Assembly: GCF_006345805.1 (NCBI RefSeq)
Contig: NC_043021.1
Span: forward strand, 7,564,001 to 7,628,000
Direction: 5' to 3'
DNA length: 64,000 nt
DNA from: Octopus sinensis
Lineage: Eukaryota
This document shows, one piece after another, positions 53,085 through 64,000 of this stretch. The translations under genes and the position numbers were made by a program. How positions within the stretch are numbered: position 1 is the stretch's first letter; each line of letters begins with the position of its first letter. The notes beneath the pieces are model-generated. The model had not been told where the DNA came from. It was given only the letters and a program-made list of their open reading frames with translations, and made no database searches.

Positions 53085-54353
53085 CACTGTATCACTGATG
53101 CATGTATTAGATATATTTGTTTTATTATAAAAAGAGAGACAGAAAGAGGCAGAATTGACTTCTATTACAATAGATAAAGTGTGAGAAGAAAATGAATTCT
53201 AAAATCTAAATGTAAACTGGTCAAGCCTGATCTGGTTTGGCATGGTTGGACTTTATAATCTTGGCTTGGTTTTACAATTTATTATTGGTCTGAATATTGA
53301 GCAATTCAGCCATGGCTTAACAGTTTCTGGTTTAACACCCTGTCATTGTTTCCATTAACACACATCTGACAGAAATCAATGAAACCAGATGCTTTCCTGT
53401 TCTAATGAAAAAAAATATATATAAAAGGGTAAAAAAAAAACAAGCAAAAGAAAGACGTTTAATTATTTCCCCCATCATCAACCCCTTTACTAAATAGGAA
53501 TCAGCTTTATTCCACCAATAGAATTCCACATTTGTTAACTAGACTTCAACTGACTCAATCGGTTAGTCCGTTAATCAATGTAGCGCAAAAAAAAATTATT
53601 AATACTACTACTAATAATAATAATAAATATGTAAAAATAAGAAAACAATTTGATCAATTATTGATTAAATAAACAGGATCCTGATTGACTGTAGTTATGG
53701 AGACAGTATCTATGGTACCCAATGTATATATCCAAGAAACTTCAGTGTGTGTGTGAGAGAGAGAGAGTTTTGTAATATCACAAGTAATAAGGGATAAGAG
53801 TTTTACTATATCAGAAAAGCAAAAACGAAAAAAATCCCATTTCACTTCCCTTTAAAAAAAACTAGAAACCTTGAGTCAAAACCACAAGTGGGAAAGCTGT
53901 CACTATAAGACCTTATATGGCCTTTGGGAAGAAAGGCGGGGCTTTCCTAAAGTGCAGCCTTCAGAAAGAAGCCTGAACTTTTACGTAGAAAAATACTTTT
54001 CTCACTAAATGCGTACTGTTATGTTTTTTTAATTCTTTAAAAAAATACATGAAAAAACCTGTTTACATTTTATCTTTCTCTCTTCTGTATGGTGCTATGT
54101 CTACAGACGTTAGCAATCATGGTACTCCACCCACTCTTGTCTCATGCACAACTTAGTACAACAATTGGGTCAATCTTTATGAAACTAGCTAGTAAGACCA
54201 TCCGGTATCTGTTCTCTCTCTCTTTGTCATCCAAGGCTTCTTTTTCAATTTTACTTTTCTCTAGTTGCCACCAAATGCTTAAGGCATTGTCTTCACATCC
54301 CATCCTTGTCCTGTTCCTCTTCCTTATTTTGTTATTAAAATTTCATAAGAAAA

Positions 54354-54751
54354 CTAGCAGTTTCGCCCGGCGTTTGTAAGGGTTTGTAAGGGAAATAACT
54401 ATATAAGCATTTTTAGAGAGTTATAGCCAAAAAATAGCAAAAAAATGCATTAAAAATGGGGAAAAAATTATGGTAAATTTTTTTTAAATCGTTGACTCAT
54501 CGTAGACATTTTTAGAGAGTTACTTCCCTTATATAATAGCGAAAAAATGCATTAAAATGGGAAAAAATGATGGTAATTTTTTTTTTAAATCGTAGACTCA
54601 TCGTAGACGCGCGCTAATACCCAGAAGGGCTCGATATGAATCACGACTATAAGATACCCGCTTTTGGTTAAACTGCACCGCAAAATGTGGGAGTAGTTAG
54701 GAATCTAAATCGTAGGAGACAGACCCACAACTTCTCTTTTATATATAAAGA
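54354..54751 (-). mobile_element. Non-autonomous Helitron
   Basis: Minus strand starts A|TC(TTTATATATAAAAG) and ends CGCCGGGCG..CTGCTAG|T: inserted at A|T, no TSD, GC-rich subterminal palindrome, internal ~100-bp duplication. Confidence 0.8.
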
Positions 54752-55371
54752 TGTAATTAGCATTTTTTTTCTGTATAGTTAATAAAATTTCTTTTATTGT
54801 GGCTTTATTAGATTATACTTAATCCAATGCAACGTTCAAACATAAGATTCCCACACCCAGACAAAAGAATATGATATTCCAGCATACAAGTGGAATGATG
54901 GAGAGACGCAGGCAGGCAGGACAGCCAAATCACTGTTACAGCTTGGATGCATTCCTTTCTATCATTCTCTGGTCTTGGTAGCAAAACTACCAAACCTAAC
55001 ATTTTAATCACCATGGAAAGCTCAATAAAATAAGTACCAACAACTCATTGAGGCAGATTTTCTATGGCCTGGTGCTCTTCTTCTCACCACACATCACCTA
55101 TTCCAAATAAGGTAATATTTCTCCATATTTTTTTTACTCTTTTACTTGTTTCAGTCATTTGACTGCAGCCATGCTGGAGCACTGCCTTGAAGGGTTTTAG
55201 TCAAACAAATTGACCCCAGAGTTTATATTTTAAGCCTAGTACTTATTCTATCAGTCAATTTTGCTGAACCGCTAAGTTATAGGGACGTAAACACACCAAT
55301 ACCAATTGCCAAGCAGTGATGGAAGAGGGGAACACAGACACAAAGGCACACACACATATACATACAATAAT

Positions 55372-55424
<53 letters not shown>

Positions 55425-55789
55425 GTCATGAGAGGTAATGGTGTCACTGAGACCCAAAGGTGTCAGGTAATACTGAATAAGTGCTATAGATAGACCATAG
55501 TTAAGTTCCAGGTTCGGTGATTATGCGAATAAGGGGTTCAATGTTAGTCATATGTCAGCGTGTGTATATAAAAATTTTATTTCGTAATGGGATAAAAAAA
55601 CTATGGCTGTGTAGATTTTAGAACATTTATAAATAGGTCTTACAGCTGTTTCCAGGATATTTATTGCTGAAGGGATATAATAGATATCCTTGAAACAGCT
55701 GTAAGACCTTCTATCTATAAATGTTCTAAAATCTTCACAGCCTTGGTTTTTTTATCTCATAACGAAACAAAATTTATATATATATAAAT

Positions 55790-56178
55790 GGAATGGCTGT
55801 GTGGTAAGTAGCTTGTTAACCAACCACTTGGTTCTGGGTTCAGTCCCACTGCGTGGCATCTTGGGCAAGTGTCTTCTGCTATAGCCCCGGGCCGACCAAT
55901 GCCTTGTGAGTGGATTTGGTAGACAGAAACTGAAAGAAGCCTGTTGTATATATGTATATATATATGTGTGTGTGTCTGTGTTTGTCCCCCTAGCTTGACA
56001 ACTGATGCTGGTGTGTTTACGTCCCCGTCACTTAGCGGTTCGGCAAAAGAGACCGATAGAATAAGTACTAGGCTTACAAAGAATAAGTCCCGGGGTCGAT
56101 TTGCTCCACTAAAGGCGGTGCTCCAGCATGGCCGCAGTCAACTGACTGAAACAAGTAAAAGAGTAAAGAGTAAAGAGT
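55790..56178 (+). mobile_element. SINE family A, near full-length plus-strand copy
   Basis: Colinear with the other family A copies; ends in AAGAGTAA repeats. Confidence 0.85.
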
Positions 56179-58628
56179 AATATATTTGTGTGCTGTCATA
56201 ACACAGATATGATATACAGATATATCTATTGCCATTGTCATGATGTCTTTTGTCATAACATGATTATCAGATCTGTAGTCATAACATGGTTATAAAATCT
56301 ATGGTTAAAAATGTAGTGGTGATTTTATTTTTATAATTTGCAACCAAGGTTCTTCTGTTCATCAATGCTGCAGATGTCTATGATGAAAATGCAAAAATTT
56401 CCAATAATTGTTAGAATCTTGCCAGTTTTGTAATCAATAGAAATCATCTCTTCTAGCAGACAATCAACTAACCCAAATCACGGTAACAGCTACGGCACTA
56501 CAAATTCTTTGTGAGACACATTTTATGTACACTCCATGAAGACACACCCAATTCACATGTCTTTTATAATCACTGAAGGAGGTTTTTGATAAACTGTAGC
56601 TTTATTCTCAACATAATTATAACATCTATTTCCATCTGTAAAGTACTTCTGGCTTTCAGTGCCAAAAATAGAATGAGGTGGATAAGAGAGAGAAACCATT
56701 TATAACGAGGTCTTCAGTTCAATTTATAGTCCTTGCTTAACTGGATTTCTTTGATGTCACACAACTATATTATTCCTCAGCTAAATACATTTTCTCTTTT
56801 CTTCATTTTTTTGGGGGGTGATGGGGAGAGCTCTTTTGATGTTACTGACATTGATTTCCAGATCACAAGTATAGAAAATATTGGCTTGTATTTGTAATTT
56901 TCTGCTTTTTATACAAAAAAAAAGTATATACTAAGTGCTTACTCAGCAATAGGGGAATGCCTGGCTGAGTAGTTAAGATGTTGGACTCACGATTGTTAGG
57001 GGTCCACAAGTTCAATTATGGGACCAGACAACACTGTACTCTTAAGCAAGGCACTTCATTTCCCATTGTTCCAGTACACTCAGATAAAAATCAGTCACAT
57101 TGACTCCTGGGGATTAACCCTGTGATGGACTGACATATCATACAAAGGTTAAGAAGTGTGCTCTCAGCTTAAATGCCTTGAAAATCTAGCAGAGTCCCAG
57201 CTTCAAGGAACAGAAGGCTCAAGGTATATAAAAACCATACACAGTGGCTGTGTGGTTAAGTTTGCTTCCCAAACATGCCATTGAATGATTTCCATCCTCA
57301 CCTCTTTTATATATATATATATATATATATAATTATTATTATTATTTTTATTAAGAGTAGGGAATATAAAAATTCCAAACTTACAGGGAAAAATTCAATT
57401 CAGCAACACTAAATCAAATTTCACAATATATATGTATACAATTTAGAGATAAAACCTGTAATAAGTAATTCAATTAATAGTGAAAGATATTAACTATATA
57501 GAAAGAATTTAAATATATTATATTAAATATTATTCTAAAAATCACTAAATTAAATAAACATTAAATTGACTACGCGTGTTTCGTAACTATATATCTTTAA
57601 ATGATAATAGTAAAATCTATAATATTAAAAGTTAATATTAATTTGATTTGAAATTCTTTCTATATAGTTTGATATCTTTCACTATTGAATTACTTATTAC
57701 AGGTTTTATCTCTTAATTATACATATATATATATATACATATATATACACACGCACACAGACGTGTGTGTTCTAAATTTGCAAATTTAGTTACAACATAT
57801 ATTTAATAAATTATTTTTAGCCTCAACAGTGAAAATAGATTCCTGATTACCCCACTTGATCTTTGTGTCTAGCTATTTATAGACCTGGGCTGCTTATAGG
57901 TACTCACTCTCTACCCAAGGAGGGTAGGGAGTAAGTGTCTACTTGTACAATGAAGCTACTAAAAATATGTCCATTGAACAAATGATTGTAACTTTGTTTA
58001 GGAATTTAATCCTAAAAAATATTTTGTCTATGCTTGTACTTAAGCAGTTTGCTTCCCATAGATAAGGTTTCAGGTTCAACCCTACTGTGTGACACTTTGG
58101 GCAAATGTCTTCTACTATAACCTTAACCTGATCAAAACCTTGTGAAAGGATTTAGTACCTGGAGATATTTATCATCATCATCATTTAACATCCGTCTTTC
58201 ATGCAGGCATGAGCTGGACGATTTGACAGATGCTAGCAAACCAAAGGATTGCACCATGGTCTGTCTGTTTTGGTATGGTTTTTAAGGCTGGATGCCCTTA
58301 CTAAGGCCAACCATTTTACAGAGTGGACTGGGTGCTTTATGTGTGGCACCAGCACTGGCAAAATCTGTTTTGACATGATTTTCATGGTCGGATGCCTTTC
58401 CTGACACCAACCACTTTACAGAGTGAACTGGATGCTTTCCATGTCATACCAGTACCAGTGAGGTCTGTTTTGGCATGATTTTCACAGCTAGATGCCCTTC
58501 CTAATGCCAACTGCTTCATATATATATATATATATATAATAATAATAAATATTAGGGAATGAATCCAAAAATTACAGGGAAAAATCAGATTTACGGTTAA
58601 ATCCAATTTTATAGTAAAATATTATATA

Positions 58629-58801
58629 ATATAATTCGAGACAAAACCACTATTTTAAAACCAAACAAGGAAAGACTTAATCAATACATAAAATTTTAAT
58701 ATAAATTAAATAAAATAAATAAAATAAATATTAAAATTTTATGTATTGATTAAGTCTTTCCTTGTTTGGTTTTAAAATAGTGGTTTTGTCTCGAATTATA
58801 T
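58629..58801. repeat. Perfect 74-bp inverted repeat with 25-nt spacer
   Basis: 58629-58702 is the exact reverse complement of 58728-58801; flanked by (TA)n. Confidence 0.95.
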
Positions 58802-58812
58802 ATTATATATAT

Positions 58813-58872
<60 letters not shown>

Positions 58873-59908
58873 TACAGCATCATCATCATTTAACATCTGC
58901 TTTCCATACTGGCATGGGTTGGATGGTTTGACTGAAGACTGGCAAGCTATTCATGCAGACAGATACTATGTATGTTCATACATATGATGGGGTGTTCATG
59001 TTTCCTTGTTTTGACATCATATGATAGTTGTAAATGAGAGTCACCAATATTCAAGCAGTTTCATTCATTTCTAAAATATTCTTTGAAAACTACACCTGAG
59101 CTTGAAGAAATATTAATTTGCTTGGAAACAAGTGAGGGTTGGTGCCAGGAAGGGCACTTCTCCATAGAAAATCTGCCTCAAAAAATTCCATTACTTACAT
59201 ATATATATACATATATGTAAGTATGTATGTATTATACCATACATTGATATTATGCAATTATCCTTCATTGGAATTCTAATTCTGGTCAGTATCACCAAAA
59301 TAAAATTAAATCAACAGTGACAAATACACAAAAACATTTATAAAATCAAATTTTTAATAGCATTGGTCAATCAGAAATTGCCTTTTAAAATACTGTTAAA
59401 ATACTGGTCAAACAGAGATTATCTTTTAAAATATTGTTAAAATGTTGGTTTTGTTTTGACAAGATATAAGATTTCAGATAAAGAATAATGAAATGGAATT
59501 GATGACATTTATATTATTTGAAGGAGAATAACAGCAAATGTAGACTGGCTACAACTGCAAAACAGAACTATAACAAATTATGTCACTTGGTAGGAATTTA
59601 CCTCTTACTAAGTAGGAGAAACTCTTGTATCATTCTATCTTCTCCTGAATGGGATATAAGTCTGACCCAGGTTTACTCATTTGTAACTGACTGAACTGGA
59701 GTAATGTGAACTGAAGTGTCTTGCTCAAGAACATAATCCATTAACCTGACCAGGAATCAAAACCATGATACAAGGAAGATACAAGAGTTTACCTTTTATT
59801 AGGCAGCACTAGATATCACAAAAGCAAGGAGGAAACATTCTTTTGGTTGTCTTTTTTAACGAGACAAAATCTCTGATTCCAACAGAAATATGGTAACAAA
59901 AGGGTTAA

Positions 59909-60248
59909 CATCATCATCATCATCATCATCGTTTAACGTCCGCTTTCCATGCTAGCATGGGTTGGACGGTTCAACTGGGGTCTGGGGAGCCTGAAGGCTG
60001 CACCAGGCCAGTCAGATCTGGCAGCGTTTCTACAGCTGGATGCCCTTCCTAACGCCAACCACTCCGAGAGTGTAGTGGGTGATTTTATGTGCCACCGACA
60101 CAGGTGCCAGACGAGGCTGATGAACGGCCACGCTCGGATGGTGTTTTTTATGTGCCACCGACACAGGTGCCAGACGAGGCTGGCAGACGGCCACAAACGG
60201 ATGGTGTTTTTTATGTGCCACCGACACAAGTGCCAGACGAGGCTGGCG
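59909..60248 (-). mobile_element. Retroposon family D with (GAT)n tail and internal ~60-bp tandem units
   Basis: Minus strand reads GGTTGGCGTTAGGAAGGGCATCCAGC...CATGCTAGCATGGAAAGCGGACGTTAAAC(GAT)n. Related copies at 1-48, 27545-27745, 33708-33943, 33944-34270, 51897-52190, 58170-58515. Confidence 0.8.
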
Positions 60249-60825
60249 TGATCAGCAAATTTTCTAATTGTCTACTTAATTTCATTTATCTGAAGCCATT
60301 ATAGTGAATGGTAGAAATTATCACAATTTCCAAATTACAGTCATTTAAGCCCATTGTAGGTTTTGGTTTCCTGCTGTCTTTCAGTCTATTGCAGCACACT
60401 TACCTAAAGATCTGGTCACTTGACTGTTGGCCAGAATAGCCACTGCCTCTTTAACCTTTTAGCGTTCAGATTTCTCTGTCGAATGTAATGCTAGTTTATT
60501 TACATTGTTTGGAATTAATCTTGTGTCATCTTGTAGTTTTGAGATTTCAATGATGTGACTGCTTATTTTTAGAATGACATTGTAAGGTGAGAGGCTGGAG
60601 CTGGCCACTTTGAACATGAAACAGGGGGGGTCATTTAGGCCAGATATGGTCAGTTTAAATACTAAAGAGTTAAATGATAGAGGACTACGAAGATGTGACA
60701 TTAAAGTCAAAGTCTCTTACAATTATGTCACATCTCAGCAATTCTAACTAAAAATAAGAAAAGTAGGGAGAAGAGAAAAAGAGGAGGCGGAGGAGCAGAA
60801 AATGGTAAAAAACTGATTAACTTAC

Positions 60826-60925
60826 TGGTTGTTGTTCCACACATATCAATGATACAAGTTGAGTCTCGGGCAATTTCCCGACTGTTGAAGGGACGTACCC
60901 TTACAGCAACTTTAACCGACGACAT
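60826..60925 (-). CDS. unc-104: Kinesin-3 unc-104/KIF1A-like, coding exon 1 ([33 protein letters not shown])
   Basis: Kinesin N-terminal VKVAVRVRP motif. ATG at 60925; acceptor TACAG 10 nt upstream (exon starts 60935, so a 5'UTR exon lies further upstream); GTAAG donor at 60825. 100 nt, phase 1. Confidence 0.96.
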
Positions 60926-63024
60926 TGTTTTACTTCTGTAATAAAGAAATGAAATAAAATGGCATTAAGAATTTATTTCCAGCAGAAAATCTTAAAGTAG
61001 AAAAACAAGGAACTTTTGTTTTTTTAATGAAATAGAAAAAATATAATAAAACAAAAAGACTGCGTTTTTCATTTCAATTTATAATGTAAACAAACATCAT
61101 CTTCACTTTAACGTCTACTTTTCATACTGAGATGGGTTTGGTGGGTCACCGCAGTCTGAATTAGTCCTTACTCAAATTTACTGCTCTTTTATATACTCTT
61201 ACTCTTTTACTTGTTTCAGTCATTTGACTGCGGCCATCACCACCACTGGCAGGATCTTTAAAGACATCGCAAAAAAATAAAAACAGTTGTGATTTGAACT
61301 CAGTACACAAAAGTACGTAAATACAGCCAGGTATTTTAAAATTCTCTCGTGGAATCAACCATTTAAAAATTTTTTTATCTTTAACTTGTTTCAGTCAGTG
61401 GACTGTGGCCATGTTGGGGCACCCCTTTGACAGGTTTAGTCAAACAAAAGGCATGGTTTCTGCAGCTAGATGCCTTTCCCAATGCCAACCACTCACAAGG
61501 TCTTGGTTGGCCCGAGGCTATAGTAGAAGACACATGCCCAAGGTACCACACACTGGGAACGAACCCGGAACCATGTGGTTGCTAAGCAAGCTACTTACCA
61601 CACAGCCACTCCTGCGCCTGTATGTATGTATATATATATATATATATAAGCAAATCAAATATTAAACATAACAAATAACAAAAGTCAAAAGGACATACAC
61701 ATGGAATACATTAGCTTGACATTCGATATAAGATGGAAACAAGAGAGAGAGAGAGAGAGAGTGTGTGTGTGTGTGTGTGTGTGGTACAGGCATGGCTATG
61801 TAGTAAGAAGCCTGCTCCTCAGACACATGCTTCTGGGTTCAGTCCCACAGTGTGGCTTCTTGGACCAGTGTCTTCTGCTATAGCCTCGGGCTTGACCAAA
61901 GCCTTGTGAGTGGAGTTGGTAGATAGAAACTGAATGAAGCCTATCAAGTGTGTGTGTGTACATCTACCAAATTCACTCACAAGACATAAGGTCGACCTGA
62001 GGCTATAGCCGAAGACACTTGCCCACGGTAGGTGCCACGCAGTGGGACTTGAACCCAAAAATCGCACGGGTGACAAAGTGAGCTTCTTAACCACACAGCC
62101 ACCTCCCCACATTGGTTAGGAAAATATAAAAAAAAAAAAACTGTCATCACAATGGAAATAATATTCTGAATGATTCTGTAAGTAAATGGACAGCAGCAGC
62201 AACAACAACTACTTTAATATACAATGGAAAGGAAGCTGTTTTTTTTTTTAAATGAATTCCTTACATTTGTATTGGAGAAGCAGATACTTCCATTAAATCA
62301 TTTCAAAAAATTCTACAAGTTTTCTTTATTTATTTATCTATACTTTTTACTTATTCTTATTCTTCCTCTCTCTCCTCCTCCTCCTCTTCCTCTCCTTTCT
62401 TACTCTTTTTAGTTTATACTACCTGTTTCTATTATTTATTTTAGATTTTTTTTATTCATTATTATTTCTTTTTTTTTTTACTAAGAAAATGGAGGGGGGT
62501 GAAAATGTTATGGAGAAAATATGTTGGCAAATAAATGTATTTCAATCAATTCTATTTTCATTTTTTGCTTTTTTGATTTTTTTTTTTTTTAGCTTTCACA
62601 ATTTTTTGATTTCAATTTTTCTTAAGAATGCTAAATGAATGTTAAAAGAATTTCACTTTATCTCATCTTCATCATCATCATCATTATTATTATTATTATT
62701 ATTATCATCATTATTATTATTATTATCATTATTATTATTATTACGACTACTATTATCATCATCATCATCATTATTACTATTAATACTTTTGCTACTACTG
62801 TTTTGAAAATCATTGTTATTACTACTACCACTACTACCAGTATTGTTACTACTGCTTTGAAGGTCATTAATATTACTACTATTACCATTATGATTTTGCC
62901 TTTCATTCTTTCAAAGGTGGATAAAATAAAATACCAGTAATTACAAGGTCAATTTAATCAACAAATCCCCCACCTCACAAAACTGTTGGCCTTGTGCCTA
63001 AGCCAGAAGACATTACTTATTATG

Positions 63025-63059
<35 letters not shown>

Positions 63060-63779
63060 AACAACTGTCTGGAAATTCTTCAAATATCTCAAAAAGCTGA
63101 AGTCATAGCAAATAGATTTGAAAATTTTAAAGAAAATCTATTTTCAACATTATAGGTACAGGCATGGCTATGTGGTAGGAAGCTTGCTTCTTAGTCACAC
63201 ACTTCTGGGTTCAGTTCCACAGTGTGGCTTCTTGGGCCAGTGTCTTCTGCTATAGCCTCAGGCCTGACCAAAGCCTTGTGAGTGGAGTTTGTAAATGGAA
63301 ACTGAATGAAGCCCATCAAATGTGTGTGTGTGTGTGTGTGTCCCACCCCCACTTAACAACTGATGATATGTCTTTGTCCCTGTAACTTAGCAGTTTGGTA
63401 AAACAGACTGATAGAATAAGAACCAGGCTCTCAAAAGAATAAGTACTGGGGTTGAGTCATTAAACTAAAGAAATGATAATTTTTCAAACTGGTGCCCCAG
63501 CATGGCCAGAGTCTAATGGTGAAACAAGTGAAAAAGCAAAAAAAAAAAGATAAAAATAATATAGTCAAAGTATGATGAAAGTCATTTCATCTAGGTTTAT
63601 TTCTATCATTTTTGCAAAAAGTGATGGAATGTCAGAAACTAGTGATTCCAAACCAAATGTTCTACAGCAGAGGTTTTTAATCGGGGCCCACATAAGATTT
63701 TGTTGCCAAAGTTTATGAGCAGTAAATTGATTATTCTTCTACAATAATAATAAATAAATGCGCCCTTTTAAAAACTAAC

Positions 63780-64000
63780 CAGGCTCATGGGCCCGGTTTC
63801 CCGGTTTCTATGGCGTATGTGTTCCCCAGCTGGACGGGACGCCAGTCCATCGCAGCGTTACTCATTTTTGCCAGCTGAGTGGACTGGAGCAACGTGAAAT
63901 GAAGTGTTTTGCTCAAGAACATAACGCATCGCCCGGTCCAGGAATTGAAACCACAATCTTATGATCATGATGCTGACACCCTAACCACTAAGCCACACGC
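63780..64000 (-). mobile_element. tRNA-derived SINE family E (CORE/V-like central region)
   Basis: Minus strand reads GTGGCTTAGTGGTTAGGG...GGTTTCAATTCC...TGTTCTTGAGCAAAACACTT...CTGCGATGGACTGGCGTCCCGTCCAG. Related copies at ~10555-10830, 19150-19290, 32975-33120, 56958-57200. Confidence 0.7.

Noticed and set aside
60936-64000. Promoter or 5'UTR exon of the kinesin gene
   Set aside because: No recognisable promoter or exon signal; mostly SINEs and simple repeats, so the TSS cannot be placed.

Overview
AT-rich, microsatellite- and SINE-dense eukaryotic (animal) DNA. The repeat landscape looks like an octopus/coleoid cephalopod, which is an inference. One gene spans almost the whole window on the minus strand: a kinesin-3 motor of the unc-104/KIF1A type. 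I reconstructed 13 GT-AG coding exons from the start codon at 60925 down to 1165 (1490 nt, continuous frame): motor domain, K-loop, neck coil, CC1 and the start of the FHA region. The gene continues beyond position 1. The introns hold several tRNA-derived SINE families, R4/Dong-, CR1-, RTE- and I-group-like LINE fragments, TTAA (piggyBac-type) and hAT-type MITEs, a non-autonomous Helitron and minisatellites. Three observations stand out. (1) A candidate 21-nt in-frame microexon (SASEAIK) lies just before the K-loop, at the position of the vertebrate KIF1A/KIF1B 18-nt exon. (2) A recurring set of asymmetric fold-back elements sits in (TA)n tracts, several with hammerhead-ribozyme motifs at the centre, and two further near-complete type I hammerheads occur nearby; these are probably Penelope-like or retrozyme relics. 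(3) Several short local templated duplications, including pieces of the gene's own exons, are all copied 1-2 kb downstream in the direction of transcription. Almost all ORF-track entries are low-complexity artefacts.
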